From: a virus
Lineage: Duplodnaviria > Caudoviricetes
Reading direction: 5' to 3' (one strand)
Virus record (IMG/VR): IMGVR_UViG_3300004213_000014
Coordinates: 1-42,968 of that record
Length of the DNA stretch: 42,968 bases
Made by a program: the position numbers and the translations under genes. The notes below the pieces were generated by a model, which was not told the origin of the DNA, ran no database searches, and saw only the letters and a list, made by a program, of their open reading frames with translations. How positions within the stretch are numbered: the first letter of the stretch is position 1; every line of letters begins with the position of its first letter. This document shows positions 1 to 9,185 of this stretch, one piece after another.

Positions 1-115
1 CAGCGGCGAGCTGCTTGATGCGCTCGTAGTTGGGGTGCGACGCCGCGATGGCCTTAGGGGTGAAGTCGACGATGACCGTGATCGTCGAACCGGAAATGAT
101 GTGTGCGATGCTCAT
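1..115 (-). CDS. rIIB: rIIB-like protein, N-terminal part (runs off window start)
   Basis: Manual translation MSIAHIISGSTITVIVDFTPKAIAASHPNYERIKQLAA, with an AGGA RBS. The SHPN-x-x-x-I pattern and the position downstream of rIIA fit rIIB. Confidence 0.7.
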   Translation of the reverse strand, partial: MSIAHIISGSTITVIVDFTPKAIAASHPNYERIKQLAA

Positions 116-225
116 ATTTCAGTTCCTGTTGCAGAGTCGGTTCAGTCACCCTAGAGAGGCAAGGCCGGCGAGCGGGGTGAGATACGCCCGCCGGCCTCTA
201 TCAGACGTCATCGGAGGACGCCCGA

Positions 226-729
226 ATGCAAGAACTCATATCCCGTTCAGAAGCCCGTGCCAAGGGTCTACGCCGTTATTTTACGGGTCGACCTTGTCGG
301 CGTGGGCATGTCGCTGAACGTCTTGTGTCCACACAACACTGTCGAGAGTGTAGTAATCACCACTCTCGACAGCAGTATCAGCGCAGTCCTCGAACCAGAG
401 AGGAAGTGAAAGCGAAACGATTACTTCGCGATTATGGCCTCACAATGGATGAGTTCAACGCAATGATGGTCAGTCAGGCTGGGCAATGTTTAATATGCCC
501 GAGAAAGCTGGTCGAACCTTGTGTCGATCACTGTCACACCACCGGCCGTATTCGTGGCCTGCTATGCAGCAAATGCAACTCAGGTCTTGGGATGTTTGAT
601 GATGACCCAGAGCGGTTACTCCGGGCCATCGATTACCTCAAAGGTTCTTCAGGAGGAGGGCAACATGCTTGCTGTCGTCCAGCTCCAGAACGTCGAGCAG
701 GATCTGCACGTCGGCCTGATCCTGCTTGA
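226..729 (+). CDS. Endonuclease VII-family nuclease with N-terminal Zn module
   Basis: CLIC...[24 protein letters not shown] is the EndoVII signature. GGAGG RBS. The last 92 nt overlap the rIIA 3' end antisense. Confidence 0.88.
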   Translation: MQELISRSEARAKGLRRYFTGRPCRRGHVAERLVSTQHCRECSNHHSRQQYQRSPRTREEVKAKRLLRDYGLTMDEFNAMMVSQAGQCLICPRKLVEPCVDHCHTTGRIRGLLCSKCNSGLGMFDDDPERLLRAIDYLKGSSGGGQHACCRPAPERRAGSARRPDPA

Positions 730-2722
730 AGGAAGCCACCAGCTTGGCCGGCTCGATGCGAGCCGGCAGCGCCGCGGTGACGAACGGCGCTAGGTTGTGC
801 TGGTCGATGGTCAGCGGCTTGATGAACTCGCGCCACAGCTCAACGATCTTCCCGAACGGCCGCTTGGCCTGCGCGGGGGTCAGCGTCTGGTAGTCGAGCT
901 GCTTGGCGAAGTCCCAGAACGGGCGCAGCTCGGTGTTGCGATACAGCGCGATGCGCTGCGAAAGTTCAGGGTACGCAGCCAGCGCCGCCTTCAGCCGGGC
1001 GGCGAAGACGTCATCGAAATTCTGCCACGCATCCTTCAGCTTGGGCCAGTCGCCGCCGTTGACGAAGTGCAGCTCGTCATAGCGGATCAGCTTGGTCGCC
1101 ATGCGCTGGTAGAAGTCCGCCGGCAGAGCGAAGTTCTCCATAACGACCGCGATGCCGGTGGCCGGCTGGTCCTTGTACTCGACCTCGAAGACCGCCTCCT
1201 GCTTGGCATAGCCGGGCTGGAGGTTGTTGATCGTCGAGTGGGTGAAGCGATCGTTCTTGCCGTTGAAGGTGAACATGCGCACCCGCGGCCGGGTCGCGCC
1301 CGACTTGGTGGTCTTGACCGTCGTCGGCTCGGGCATGTCGGCGGTGTAGACCACGTTGCTCGGGTTGCCGAGCTGGAGCAGCATGACCCTGATCTTGGCC
1401 ATGTTCTCGCGCTCACCGGCGCGCAGAACGATGACCGACTTGGGCCGGCCGTTCTCCTCGACATAGTCGCGGACCCGCGCGCCGACCTTGGACTTCGGCG
1501 TGTCGGGCATGTTGTCGATGATGACATGGCTGATGTTGCCGGGCTGGAGCACGCCGAAGTCGACGATTGGCGTCCACGACATGGTCTTGAGCGACTTGGA
1601 CGAACGCCGGGCGTTCTCGCTCTCGATGTGCCAGATGGTGCCGACGATGCCGGTGTTGCGCAAGGACAGCTCGGTCTTCAGCTCGCTGCCGTGGTAGCGA
1701 GCGTTGGCACGCAGCAGCTTCTGCCGTGCGTTCGAGCCGTATTCGTTCTGGCCGACCTCCTTGGAGAGCGCGACCATCGCGTCCCACAGCGACGGCTGGT
1801 TGTCGAACATGGTCGAGAACGTCGCGATGACGTCGTCGATCAGCTCTTCCAGCTTGGCCTCGATGTTGGCGCTGGTCTTGCCGTCGTAGGACAGCTGCTC
1901 ACGGGACAGGGCGACGCCGCAGGCACCGATCGGCATCCACAGGTCGAGGCCGTATTCGAGCAGCGGCGACAGCCGGGTGCTGGAGCGCAGCGACCAGTCG
2001 AGGTTGGCGGTCGACACCGGATAGCGCACGCCACCAAGGATAACCCCGAGCGGGCCGGCCTCGCCGCGGATGGCCCAGCCGTTGCCCTCGTAGGCGAACT
2101 CGGGAGCGTCGATCTCGCCGTTGATGACGACCGGCAGTGGCTTGAAATACTGGAGCGCCTGCTGCGCGGCTTCGAGGAAGGTCGCGATGTCATCGACCTC
2201 AACGGGGAAACTGACCTCGACACCGTTGGGTTCGGTCGTCGGCGACCGGCCGAGACACCCGATCTCGGGCACGCCATCCTCACCCTTGTAGGCCGTGTAG
2301 ACGCCGAGCTGGCCGTTATGGACCGACCGCACGGTGAACTGCGAGGTGTAGGCGAACGGCGACCAACGCCCGATACCGAAGCCGCCGATCGCATCGTTGC
2401 TGCTGTCCTTGGTGGAGTCGGTATAGGCCATATACCGCGTCATCATGAACTCGTGGCTCATGCCGACACCAAAATCGCGGACCTTGAACACCGGGTCCAG
2501 CTCGCACGGCAGCGTGACCTCGACAGACCGATGCGGACAGCCGGCTTCGCCGTGGCTGTCGATACCGTTGGCGACCAGCTCGCGTGCGATCGCCAGCGGC
2601 TTGTTGGCATAGGTCTGATCTGCGAAGAAGTTGAACAGCTTCGGGCTAGCCTTGATGGTGGCCCGAGCGACTTCCATCACGCCCGAAGCGTGAACGACGT
2701 TCTTAACATTCTCGACAATCAT
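638..2722 (-). CDS. rIIA: rIIA-like protein (GHKL/HSP90-type ATPase N-domain)
   Basis: [29 protein letters not shown] and STK...IGGFGIG motifs. Start reassigned to ATG 2722, which has a GAGG RBS. Confidence 0.9.
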   Translation of the reverse strand: MIVENVKNVVHASGVMEVARATIKASPKLFNFFADQTYANKPLAIARELVANGIDSHGEAGCPHRSVEVTLPCELDPVFKVRDFGVGMSHEFMMTRYMAYTDSTKDSSNDAIGGFGIGRWSPFAYTSQFTVRSVHNGQLGVYTAYKGEDGVPEIGCLGRSPTTEPNGVEVSFPVEVDDIATFLEAAQQALQYFKPLPVVINGEIDAPEFAYEGNGWAIRGEAGPLGVILGGVRYPVSTANLDWSLRSSTRLSPLLEYGLDLWMPIGACGVALSREQLSYDGKTSANIEAKLEELIDDVIATFSTMFDNQPSLWDAMVALSKEVGQNEYGSNARQKLLRANARYHGSELKTELSLRNTGIVGTIWHIESENARRSSKSLKTMSWTPIVDFGVLQPGNISHVIIDNMPDTPKSKVGARVRDYVEENGRPKSVIVLRAGERENMAKIRVMLLQLGNPSNVVYTADMPEPTTVKTTKSGATRPRVRMFTFNGKNDRFTHSTINNLQPGYAKQEAVFEVEYKDQPATGIAVVMENFALPADFYQRMATKLIRYDELHFVNGGDWPKLKDAWQNFDDVFAARLKAALAAYPELSQRIALYRNTELRPFWDFAKQLDYQTLTPAQAKRPFGKIVELWREFIKPLTIDQHNLAPFVTAALPARIEPAKLVASFKQDQADVQILLDVLELDDSKHVALLLKNL

Positions 2723-2773
2723 GGGATTTCCTCTTCGTTGACGTAGCCCTAACACATCATTATGGGCGGTTAC

Positions 2774-3268
2774 ATGGAAAAAATGACACCCCAGCAGAGG
2801 TATCGCGAAAAGAACCGAGAGCGGCTGGCTCAGGAAGCGCGCGATCGTCGCGCGAACTGCCCCGACGCCGCTCGTCAGGCCGAGGCAAACTGGAGAAAGC
2901 AAAACCCTGAAAAGCTGCGTGAGAAGGATCGTCGTCGCTATGCTGATCCAAAACGGAAAGCCTCTCAAGCAGCTTGGCGAAAGAACAATCGAGACAAATT
3001 ACGGTCGGGCGAAGCAAAACGCCGGTTGGAACACCCTGAACAGCATCGCTCGAACAATGCTAAGCGGCGTGCGGCAGAAGCTGCGGCCACCCTGCCGGGC
3101 TACGACGCTGAAATTCGGGAAATTTATCGGTCCTGTCCCGAAGGACATGAAGTCGATCACATCATCCCACTTCGAGGACGGAACGTGTGCGGTCTTCATG
3201 TTCCTTGGAACCTTCAACACCTACCCGCTCCGACTAACCGGGCCAAGGGAAACACCCTCGTGGAATAG
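2774..3268 (+). CDS. HNH endonuclease
   Basis: HEVDHIIPLRGRNVCGLHVPWNLQHL...NRAKGN, with an Arg-rich helical N-terminus. Start could be 2762. Confidence 0.88.
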   Translation: MEKMTPQQRYREKNRERLAQEARDRRANCPDAARQAEANWRKQNPEKLREKDRRRYADPKRKASQAAWRKNNRDKLRSGEAKRRLEHPEQHRSNNAKRRAAEAAATLPGYDAEIREIYRSCPEGHEVDHIIPLRGRNVCGLHVPWNLQHLPAPTNRAKGNTLVE

Positions 3269-3427
3269 CTCGCTGGTCAGAGGTTCGGAGTTGGGGTCGT
3301 CGTCAAAGTCAGGATCGACGACGTAGCTGCTGTCCACGATCCCCACCCGCTCAAGGCGGGCGAGGAAGTGGGCGGTGTTGAGGGGATGGTGACGGCCCCT
3401 CGGTTGTGAGCGAGCGGCCGTAGCCAT
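3221..3427 (-). CDS. hypothetical protein (68 aa)
   Basis: ATG coupled to the WYL stop (MATAARSQ...). The 3' end overlaps the HNH gene antisense by 48 nt. Confidence 0.5.
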   Translation of the reverse strand: MATAARSQPRGRHHPLNTAHFLARLERVGIVDSSYVVDPDFDDDPNSEPLTSELFHEGVSLGPVSRSG

Positions 3428-3810
3428 CAGACGACCAGCTCGCTGACCGGCGGCTGCTGCATCTGCTTGTCGCCCATGCTGTAGCCGTCGCGGGGCGCTT
3501 CGCTGTCGATGAAGGTCAGCGTCAGCGCCTCGATCTTGGAGACGGTGAACAGGGTCCACTGCGGCAGCGGGCGACTGGCCTCGCCGGCCACCTGGAAGCC
3601 GCGGACCACGAGCGAACCGTCCTTGGTGGACCGGCCGATCGCATGGACCTCGACGATGCGGTTCTTGCCGTCATAGATGAACGAGACGACGAGCCGGCGG
3701 CTCATGGCGCGCGAGAGGTGAGCGGCGATCTGGCTCTCGTTGAAGGCCTTGGCCAGCTCCTCGTCGCTGTCGAGGACGCTGATGGGTGCGCCTTGGAAGA
3801 CGCCCCTCAT
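3427..3810 (-). CDS. stand-alone WYL-domain protein
   Basis: AMSRRLVVSFIYDGKNRIVEVHAIG...VRGFQ...WTLFTVSKIEAL matches the WYL pattern. Confidence 0.8.
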   Translation of the reverse strand: MRGVFQGAPISVLDSDEELAKAFNESQIAAHLSRAMSRRLVVSFIYDGKNRIVEVHAIGRSTKDGSLVVRGFQVAGEASRPLPQWTLFTVSKIEALTLTFIDSEAPRDGYSMGDKQMQQPPVSELVV

Positions 3811-4100
3811 ACGTTGCGCTCCGCACGGCGGGCGGCGCGCTCCTTAAGCAGGCCCTTGCGGGCGATGTCGCCGCGCAGGGCGGCAGCGGCGGTTGTGATG
3901 GCGAGACAGGGCACCGTCTGGTGGGTCTTGGCCGTCAGATGGCTGCTGCGCACGTAGCTGGGGCGGACGTGGGGGCGGCTCTTGGAGCCGCTGTAGCCGG
4001 TGCGCTTGCGCAAGTAGCGAGTGCCCTGCTCAGCGACGCGGGGGAGGAGAGGCTGGATGTGGGCCAGCCCGTCCAGAATGCTGTGGTTCAGCGAGAACAT
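3807..4100 (-). CDS. hypothetical basic protein
   Basis: AAGGA RBS. Stop overlaps the WYL start. Confidence 0.65.
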   Translation of the reverse strand: MFSLNHSILDGLAHIQPLLPRVAEQGTRYLRKRTGYSGSKSRPHVRPSYVRSSHLTAKTHQTVPCLAITTAAAALRGDIARKGLLKERAARRAERNV

Positions 4101-4183
4101 GCGGTTCCTTTCACGAAAGAGGCCGACGCAATGCGCCGGCCCCGAGTTCTTGTCGATGTGCCGCGGCAGAAGTTGCCGGGTAA

Positions 4184-4567
4184 TTACAGCTCGACGACCT
4201 CGAGCTTGGTGGCCGGCTTGTTGTCGACCGTGGCAGCCGTGAAGGCGGCGTCGATCTTGGCGCGGGAAAGGCCCGCCTCGCGCAGCCGGGCGCGCAGCAC
4301 ATCCTGATCGAGGCGCTGGGCCGGCTCGCTGGTCTTGGCGGTCAGCACGAACGCGGCGCTGCGGTAGGCCTCGACCTCGCCCGGCCGGTATTCGGACAGC
4401 ACGAGGCCGGCGTCGAGCAACGCGGCCTTCGCCTTTTTCTTCCGCGAGTCCGCGGCGGTCGCCAGCGTGTTGGCGACCAGCAGCTCCTTGACCACCGCAT
4501 CCTTGTCGCTGCCGATCTTGGGGAAGATCGCCGCGACTGCGTCCTTGACGGCTTGCTTGCTGCTCAT
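4184..4567 (-). CDS. hypothetical protein (127 aa)
   Basis: AGGAG RBS before ATG 4567 (MSSKQAVK...). Phage-typical codon usage. Confidence 0.75.
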   Translation of the reverse strand: MSSKQAVKDAVAAIFPKIGSDKDAVVKELLVANTLATAADSRKKKAKAALLDAGLVLSEYRPGEVEAYRSAAFVLTAKTSEPAQRLDQDVLRARLREAGLSRAKIDAAFTAATVDNKPATKLEVVEL

Positions 4568-4703
4568 GTCATTTCTCCTGCGGGCATGAAGAGACAGCAC
4601 ACTGCGGCCCGCGGCGCAGGTGTTGTGTCGGAAACTGGTTGTGGTAGGGTGGTCGGGAGGGCTGCAACCCTCCCGACCCGCAACGCTGTGAAGGAGCGTC
4701 ACG

Positions 4704-5237
4704 ATGCTTGAACCTATATCTCGCAACGATGCGAAGGCCAAGGGCCTCCGCAATTATTTCACTGACGAGCCGTGTCGTAACGGTCATTTGGCCGAGCGTC
4801 GGGTCGCAAACACCAAATGCCTCACTTGCGAGGCACAGTCGAACGCGAAGCAGCGTCAATTACGCCCCGCTGATCCGGTTCGTCGAGCTAAAGATGCCGC
4901 AGATTGGCGCGCTCGAAACCCCGGAGTTTTACAAGAACAGGTACGCCGCTGGCGTTTGAAAAATCCCGAACGGTATGCAGAGCAACAGCGCGCGGCTCGT
5001 CAACGAAACCCCCACAGCGGAAGAGCCAGCTGTGCCAAGCGGCGCGCGGCCCGACTTCAAGCAACCCTGCCGGGTCACGACGAGGCGCTGCGTGAAATCT
5101 ATCGCAACTGTCCCGCTGGCTACGAAGTCGACCACGTTATTCCTCTCCGCGGTCGCGGGGTGTGTGGCCTGCACGTCCCTTGGAACTTGCAATACCTCAC
5201 ACCCAAAGCGAACCGCGAGAAGGGCAACCGCTTCTAG
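4704..5237 (+). CDS. HNH endonuclease with N-terminal Zn module
   Basis: PCRNGH...CLTC plus EVDHVIPLRGRGVCGLHVPWNLQYL...KGN. AAGGAG RBS. Confidence 0.9.
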   Translation: MLEPISRNDAKAKGLRNYFTDEPCRNGHLAERRVANTKCLTCEAQSNAKQRQLRPADPVRRAKDAADWRARNPGVLQEQVRRWRLKNPERYAEQQRAARQRNPHSGRASCAKRRAARLQATLPGHDEALREIYRNCPAGYEVDHVIPLRGRGVCGLHVPWNLQYLTPKANREKGNRF

Positions 5238-5995
5238 GGCTTGCGCTTCAGCACGCCGACGCCGGTGACGACACCGTCGGTCTTGTCGATCTGCACGAGG
5301 TGGTCGCACGCGGGGTTGCTGTCCCACGCCAGAGCGCGGTTGCCGTACAGGGTCGGGCTGATCGTGCCGTCACGCCACACCGCCCGGTAGCCGCAAGTCG
5401 CGACCGGCTTGTTGCGCAGCTTCAGCGCACTGCCCTGTCCGCCGCTCGACCGCACGAACTCGCCGTGCTTGTCGAAGATCAGCCACGACGTGCCCGACGT
5501 GACGAGGATCTTGTCATCGCTCGTCTCGGTGACAAACGTGACGGTCATCGGCACGCCGATGTTGGGCACGGCTTCGAGCGGCTTGGTGGTATCGATCAGA
5601 TGGGGCATGATCTTGGGTATCCTGTTTCTGACGTAGAACTTGTGGTTGCTGATGACGAGGCCGCCGTGACGGCGCGCGCTGCCGATGCCGAACTTGCTGC
5701 CGGGAAAGGCAGGGTGGAAGCCGGGTGCGCTCAGCATGATCTGGACGTGATGCTCCTCACCGCGATCGTCGGCGATCAGCGGCGTGCCGTCGCTCAGCTC
5801 GATCGGCAGCGTCCAGTCGACGTCGCGTTCGAGGTTCTTGGTATCGGGATAGCCGGTGCCGCCGCCGTCCCAGCGCACGACGGTGATGCAGGAGCCTTGG
5901 TAGCCGGTCACGACCCCGGTGCGGCCACGCCAGCTGCTGGTGTCGCCCTCGTGGCGGTAACGAATGCGTTCGCCGACCTCAAAGGCCTCCGTCAC
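5234..5995 (-). CDS. hypothetical protein with SH3/KOW-like N-terminal module
   Basis: GAGGAGG RBS and GTG start. FEVGERIRY...GRTGVVTG...VRWD. Confidence 0.7.
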   Translation of the reverse strand: MTEAFEVGERIRYRHEGDTSSWRGRTGVVTGYQGSCITVVRWDGGGTGYPDTKNLERDVDWTLPIELSDGTPLIADDRGEEHHVQIMLSAPGFHPAFPGSKFGIGSARRHGGLVISNHKFYVRNRIPKIMPHLIDTTKPLEAVPNIGVPMTVTFVTETSDDKILVTSGTSWLIFDKHGEFVRSSGGQGSALKLRNKPVATCGYRAVWRDGTISPTLYGNRALAWDSNPACDHLVQIDKTDGVVTGVGVLKRKP

Positions 5996-6353
5996 GATAG
6001 TCCTCCTCGTTGACGCCGATGCCCATCTTCTTACCGCTCGGCACCTGCTGGCGCATCGCGGGGTGGTAGGGCATCGACATGCGCCCGATCACCGTGCCAC
6101 CGCGGTCGCCGAACAGGGCGTCGAGGATGCGATCGGTGCGCACCTCGGGGTTGGCGGCGAGCAGCACGACCGAGTCGGTCGCGGTCGCGGTCGCCCGGTC
6201 GAGCCGAGCGAAGTGCGCCTCGATCTGCTGGTGCATGTCGATGACGTTGAGCATATTTGGGTACTGCTCGCCGCCCGTCTTCGGGCCGCTGGCGTTCCAC
6301 AGATCGCGCAGCAGGTCGCTGGCCTCGCGCAACAGATCGTCGGTGTTCTTCAT
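5979..6353 (-). CDS. hypothetical protein
   Basis: GGAG RBS, coupled to neighbouring ORFs. Confidence 0.7.
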   Translation of the reverse strand: MKNTDDLLREASDLLRDLWNASGPKTGGEQYPNMLNVIDMHQQIEAHFARLDRATATATDSVVLLAANPEVRTDRILDALFGDRGGTVIGRMSMPYHPAMRQQVPSGKKMGIGVNEEDYRDGGL

Positions 6354-6547
6354 CTCGGTATCTCCAGATAACGGATCGCGGTGTAGGGGATGACGATGAA
6401 GCCGTCGGTGTCGCTGGTGACGGCAATGCCATCGTCGAGGGCTTCGACCAGCCGCTTCTTGAGCTGGACCTGGACGCTGCCGTGGGTGGTGACAAGAACC
6501 TCCTGCGCCTTGTGGCGCAGGAGGAACTGCTTGATGCCGTCAGTCAC
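6350..6547 (-). CDS. small Sm/Hfq-like fold protein (65 aa)
   Basis: GTG start at 6547. MTDGIKQFLLRHKAQEVLVTTHG...LVEALDDGIAV...FIVIPYTAIRYLEIPR is a helix plus beta-strand pattern with an Sm2-like IPYTAI. Confidence 0.55.
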   Translation of the reverse strand: MTDGIKQFLLRHKAQEVLVTTHGSVQVQLKKRLVEALDDGIAVTSDTDGFIVIPYTAIRYLEIPR

Positions 6548-7514
6548 GCGCCAGCGTGGCGTCGGTAATCTCGCCATTCGTCGTGGTGATGTCGAGGCTG
6601 ATGATCCCGCCGGGGATGATCGCGACCTCGCGGTAAGTGCGCACGTCGTCGACCTGCACGAACTCGACGGAGCGGGCATGGTTGTCGCCGCCATAGCGCG
6701 GCACGGCGCGGCCGGTGACCGGATCGACGAACAGGATCGACGCGCCGTCGTTCTCGTGGCCGTTGACGATGTAGCCGGCAATCTGATCGGGACCGTCGCC
6801 CTCGAACGGGCTGAACATGCCCAGCACCACGAACTCACGATCGGAGCGACTGCCGGTGCGTGCCACGATCTTGCCGGTCGGGTCGAGCGGTTCGAGCTGA
6901 TCCTTCGGCGCGCTGTAGTCGGGATGGAGGTTGCTGAGCACGCAGTGGTGCGGCTCGGCACTGTCCTCGAACAGTACGGTTGCGTTGGTGTGATGCACGC
7001 CCTGCACCGTGCCGCGTCGGCCGTCCCAGACATGGCCGGACTGGCCCGGCGGCTTGAGGTAGACGATAGCGTCACCGACCTCGGCGAGCGGCGGCACGTT
7101 GGTCAGCGGCACCGGCTTGAAGCACTCGCCGAACGGAACGCTCGGGCGCGCCGGCGTGCCATCCTCGTAATACCAGCTGTCGTTCTTGCTGTGGTTTTCG
7201 GGGTCATCGGTGACCCAGCCGTACCACATCTGCCGACCCTTGTGCTCGTCGGTCAGATGTTCCGCGCCGCGGCCATAGCCGTGCTCGTTGAACACCCAGC
7301 GGCGGCCGTCCTGCGTGTAGACCGGGCGATCCCAGAACAGCGGGACCGGGCTGTGGTCGAGCAGCGTCGAGCCGGTCAGCAGCACGGTCAGCGTCTCGGT
7401 CGCCCGACCGAGCGGGTTGACGGTCGCGCTCTGCTCGTCGGCGCTGATCGTGGCGATCGAGACGTTCCCGATGCGCGGCACGTAGATGAAGTGGCCGGGG
7501 CGAAACTTGGTCAT
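6540..7514 (-). CDS. hypothetical multi-module beta-rich protein
   Basis: 324 aa with AAGGAG RBS. Internal EVGDAIVY...GRRGTV...VLFED SH3-like module. Confidence 0.75.
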   Translation of the reverse strand: MTKFRPGHFIYVPRIGNVSIATISADEQSATVNPLGRATETLTVLLTGSTLLDHSPVPLFWDRPVYTQDGRRWVFNEHGYGRGAEHLTDEHKGRQMWYGWVTDDPENHSKNDSWYYEDGTPARPSVPFGECFKPVPLTNVPPLAEVGDAIVYLKPPGQSGHVWDGRRGTVQGVHHTNATVLFEDSAEPHHCVLSNLHPDYSAPKDQLEPLDPTGKIVARTGSRSDREFVVLGMFSPFEGDGPDQIAGYIVNGHENDGASILFVDPVTGRAVPRYGGDNHARSVEFVQVDDVRTYREVAIIPGGIISLDITTTNGEITDATLARD

Positions 7515-7535
7515 GCCTTGAACTCCTTCTTGAGG

Positions 7536-8084
7536 TTAAACGGCAAGAACACGGGTATTTCTCCGATGGATGGGCTTGCCTCGACGTACCAAATTCGGAT
7601 CGCGAAGCGCCCCGGTGAGCGGATCATGAATATCTTGAACCCTCCACCGCGTGATCCGAGCGACAGTGGTGTTAAACTCTTCGGCAAGTTTAGCCGCAGT
7701 AGTTCGACGACCTTGAAGATAGCGAACACAGTATAGCGGCAGATAGCGACCGAAGTTTGGGCGATGCTCAAGTATAGCCTTCAGCATGGCGTGGCCGTCC
7801 TCCGCAGTCGCTTGCAAGTAATTTTGTTCTGCGAAAGGGGCGGCCTCGGCGTCCAACTCCTTGAGCGGATCGAGCATATAATCTTGAACATCGCGAGGCC
7901 ACTTGAGCAAGATGTCCAAGCACTCGCGGGTCATGCCCGGCGTCATTTGAAACGCTCGGATCTCGATCAGCTCGCCACGGGTGTACCGGTAGGGGTCGCG
8001 GATCAAGCGAGCGTGTCGATATTTCAGGCTCGCGTACCGCTGTTCTTGGGGCAGTATCGAGTCACAAGAATACGGCATTGGCAT
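7536..8084 (-). CDS. putative HTH DNA-binding protein
   Basis: C-terminal TAAKLAEEFNTTVARITRWR is an HTH-like motif. The segment has lower GC. Confidence 0.55.
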   Translation of the reverse strand: MPMPYSCDSILPQEQRYASLKYRHARLIRDPYRYTRGELIEIRAFQMTPGMTRECLDILLKWPRDVQDYMLDPLKELDAEAAPFAEQNYLQATAEDGHAMLKAILEHRPNFGRYLPLYCVRYLQGRRTTAAKLAEEFNTTVARITRWRVQDIHDPLTGALRDPNLVRRGKPIHRRNTRVLAV

Positions 8085-8167
8085 CGGGACAAGCCTCTGA
8101 TATGCAATCGGCAGGGCGCGCCAACGCCCTGCCGATCTATCGAGCAGGCCGTAGGAGGGCCAGTCGA

Positions 8168-8659
8168 ATGCAAGAACTCATATCCCGATCCGAGGCCCTT
8201 GCGCAAGGGCTACCGCACTATAATCGCTGTCGTCCGTGTCGGCATGGCTGCGGTCAGCTGCGTTATGCCGCCAACGGCCACTGTGTATCGTGCAATAATA
8301 AGCGAACACTCGAAGATCGCTTAGCTAATCCGGCTCTGCATGTTAGATACACCGGCGCTTGGCAGGCTCGAAACCGTGAGCGGTATTTAGCAGGCCAGCG
8401 GCACTACCGCCAAAACAACAAGGGCGTGGTGAACGCCAAACAGGCCCGCCGTCGAGCCGCCAAGCTGAACGCGACACCGGCGTGGCTGACGTCCGAACAG
8501 CTGGCGCAGATACGATGGTTCTACGACAACTGCCCGGAGGGTTGGGAGGTTGACCACATCATCCCGCTGCAGGGCGAGAACGTGTGCGGTCTGCATGTGC
8601 CTTGGAACCTGCAGCACCTGCCTGCGCCTGTGAACCGCAGCAAGGGCAACCGACTGTAG
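8168..8659 (+). CDS. HNH endonuclease with N-terminal Zn module
   Basis: Start reassigned to MQELISRS (AGGAGG RBS). ATPAWL...EVDHIIPLQGENVCGLHVPWNLQHL...KGN. Confidence 0.9.
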   Translation: MQELISRSEALAQGLPHYNRCRPCRHGCGQLRYAANGHCVSCNNKRTLEDRLANPALHVRYTGAWQARNRERYLAGQRHYRQNNKGVVNAKQARRRAAKLNATPAWLTSEQLAQIRWFYDNCPEGWEVDHIIPLQGENVCGLHVPWNLQHLPAPVNRSKGNRL

Positions 8660-8679
8660 AACTGGGAAAATTCCCAGTT

Positions 8680-9003
8680 TTATGTCGTTGAGCGCGGCCT
8701 GGTGGTGGGCGTGGTGAGCGCGGCTTGGACAGCAGACAGCCGCTGCTGCGCCTCGCGATACAGGGCCGGGTAGGGTTCGTAAGCCTCGGCCTTGTGCAGC
8801 GCGATCTTGACGGCGTTGATCGACTTGCGATCGCCGCAGATCACGTTGCCGTCCCAGCTCAAGCCGGAGGACAGGTCGCGGTCGGGGTAGCAGATCGGGT
8901 TGCGCAGGCTCTCGCGCCACGCGGCGGACAGCTCTGCCATCTCGGGTGTCACCTGATGGGCTTGGCTCAGGATGGTTTGGACGGCGCGTTCGAGGCGGGT
9001 CAT
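8680..9003 (-). CDS. hypothetical protein
   Basis: ATGA-coupled to the upstream ORF; codon usage fits. Confidence 0.65.
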   Translation of the reverse strand: MTRLERAVQTILSQAHQVTPEMAELSAAWRESLRNPICYPDRDLSSGLSWDGNVICGDRKSINAVKIALHKAEAYEPYPALYREAQQRLSAVQAALTTPTTRPRSTT

Positions 9004-9185
9004 CGGATGCAGTAGCTTTCGCGGCAGTCGTACAGCTGGCCGACCATCTGGTCGGGCTGAAGAACGTGTGGGTTGCCTTCGAGGTCACGCAGGACATGGC
9101 CGCCGAGCGATCGCTCGTGGCCACATTCCAGCTTGATCGTGGTGGAGCGCCTGTTGCGCTTGGCTTCGGTGATGGCGCGGATCAT
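9000..9185 (-). CDS. small hypothetical protein (LECGH...CxxxxC, possible metal binding)
   Basis: ATGA overlaps at both ends. Confidence 0.6.
   Translation of the reverse strand: MIRAITEAKRNRRSTTIKLECGHERSLGGHVLRDLEGNPHVLQPDQMVGQLYDCRESYCIR

Noticed and set aside
797-2746. Long + strand ORF (649 aa), and similar long antisense ORFs at 14747-17245, 22584-24926, 31354-33147, 35027-36841 and 38754-40490
   Set aside because: Shadow frames of real genes in high-GC DNA; no motifs or RBS.
8663-8676. Resemblance of GGGAAAATTCCC to eukaryotic NF-kB sites
   Set aside because: Bacteriophage context; coincidental.
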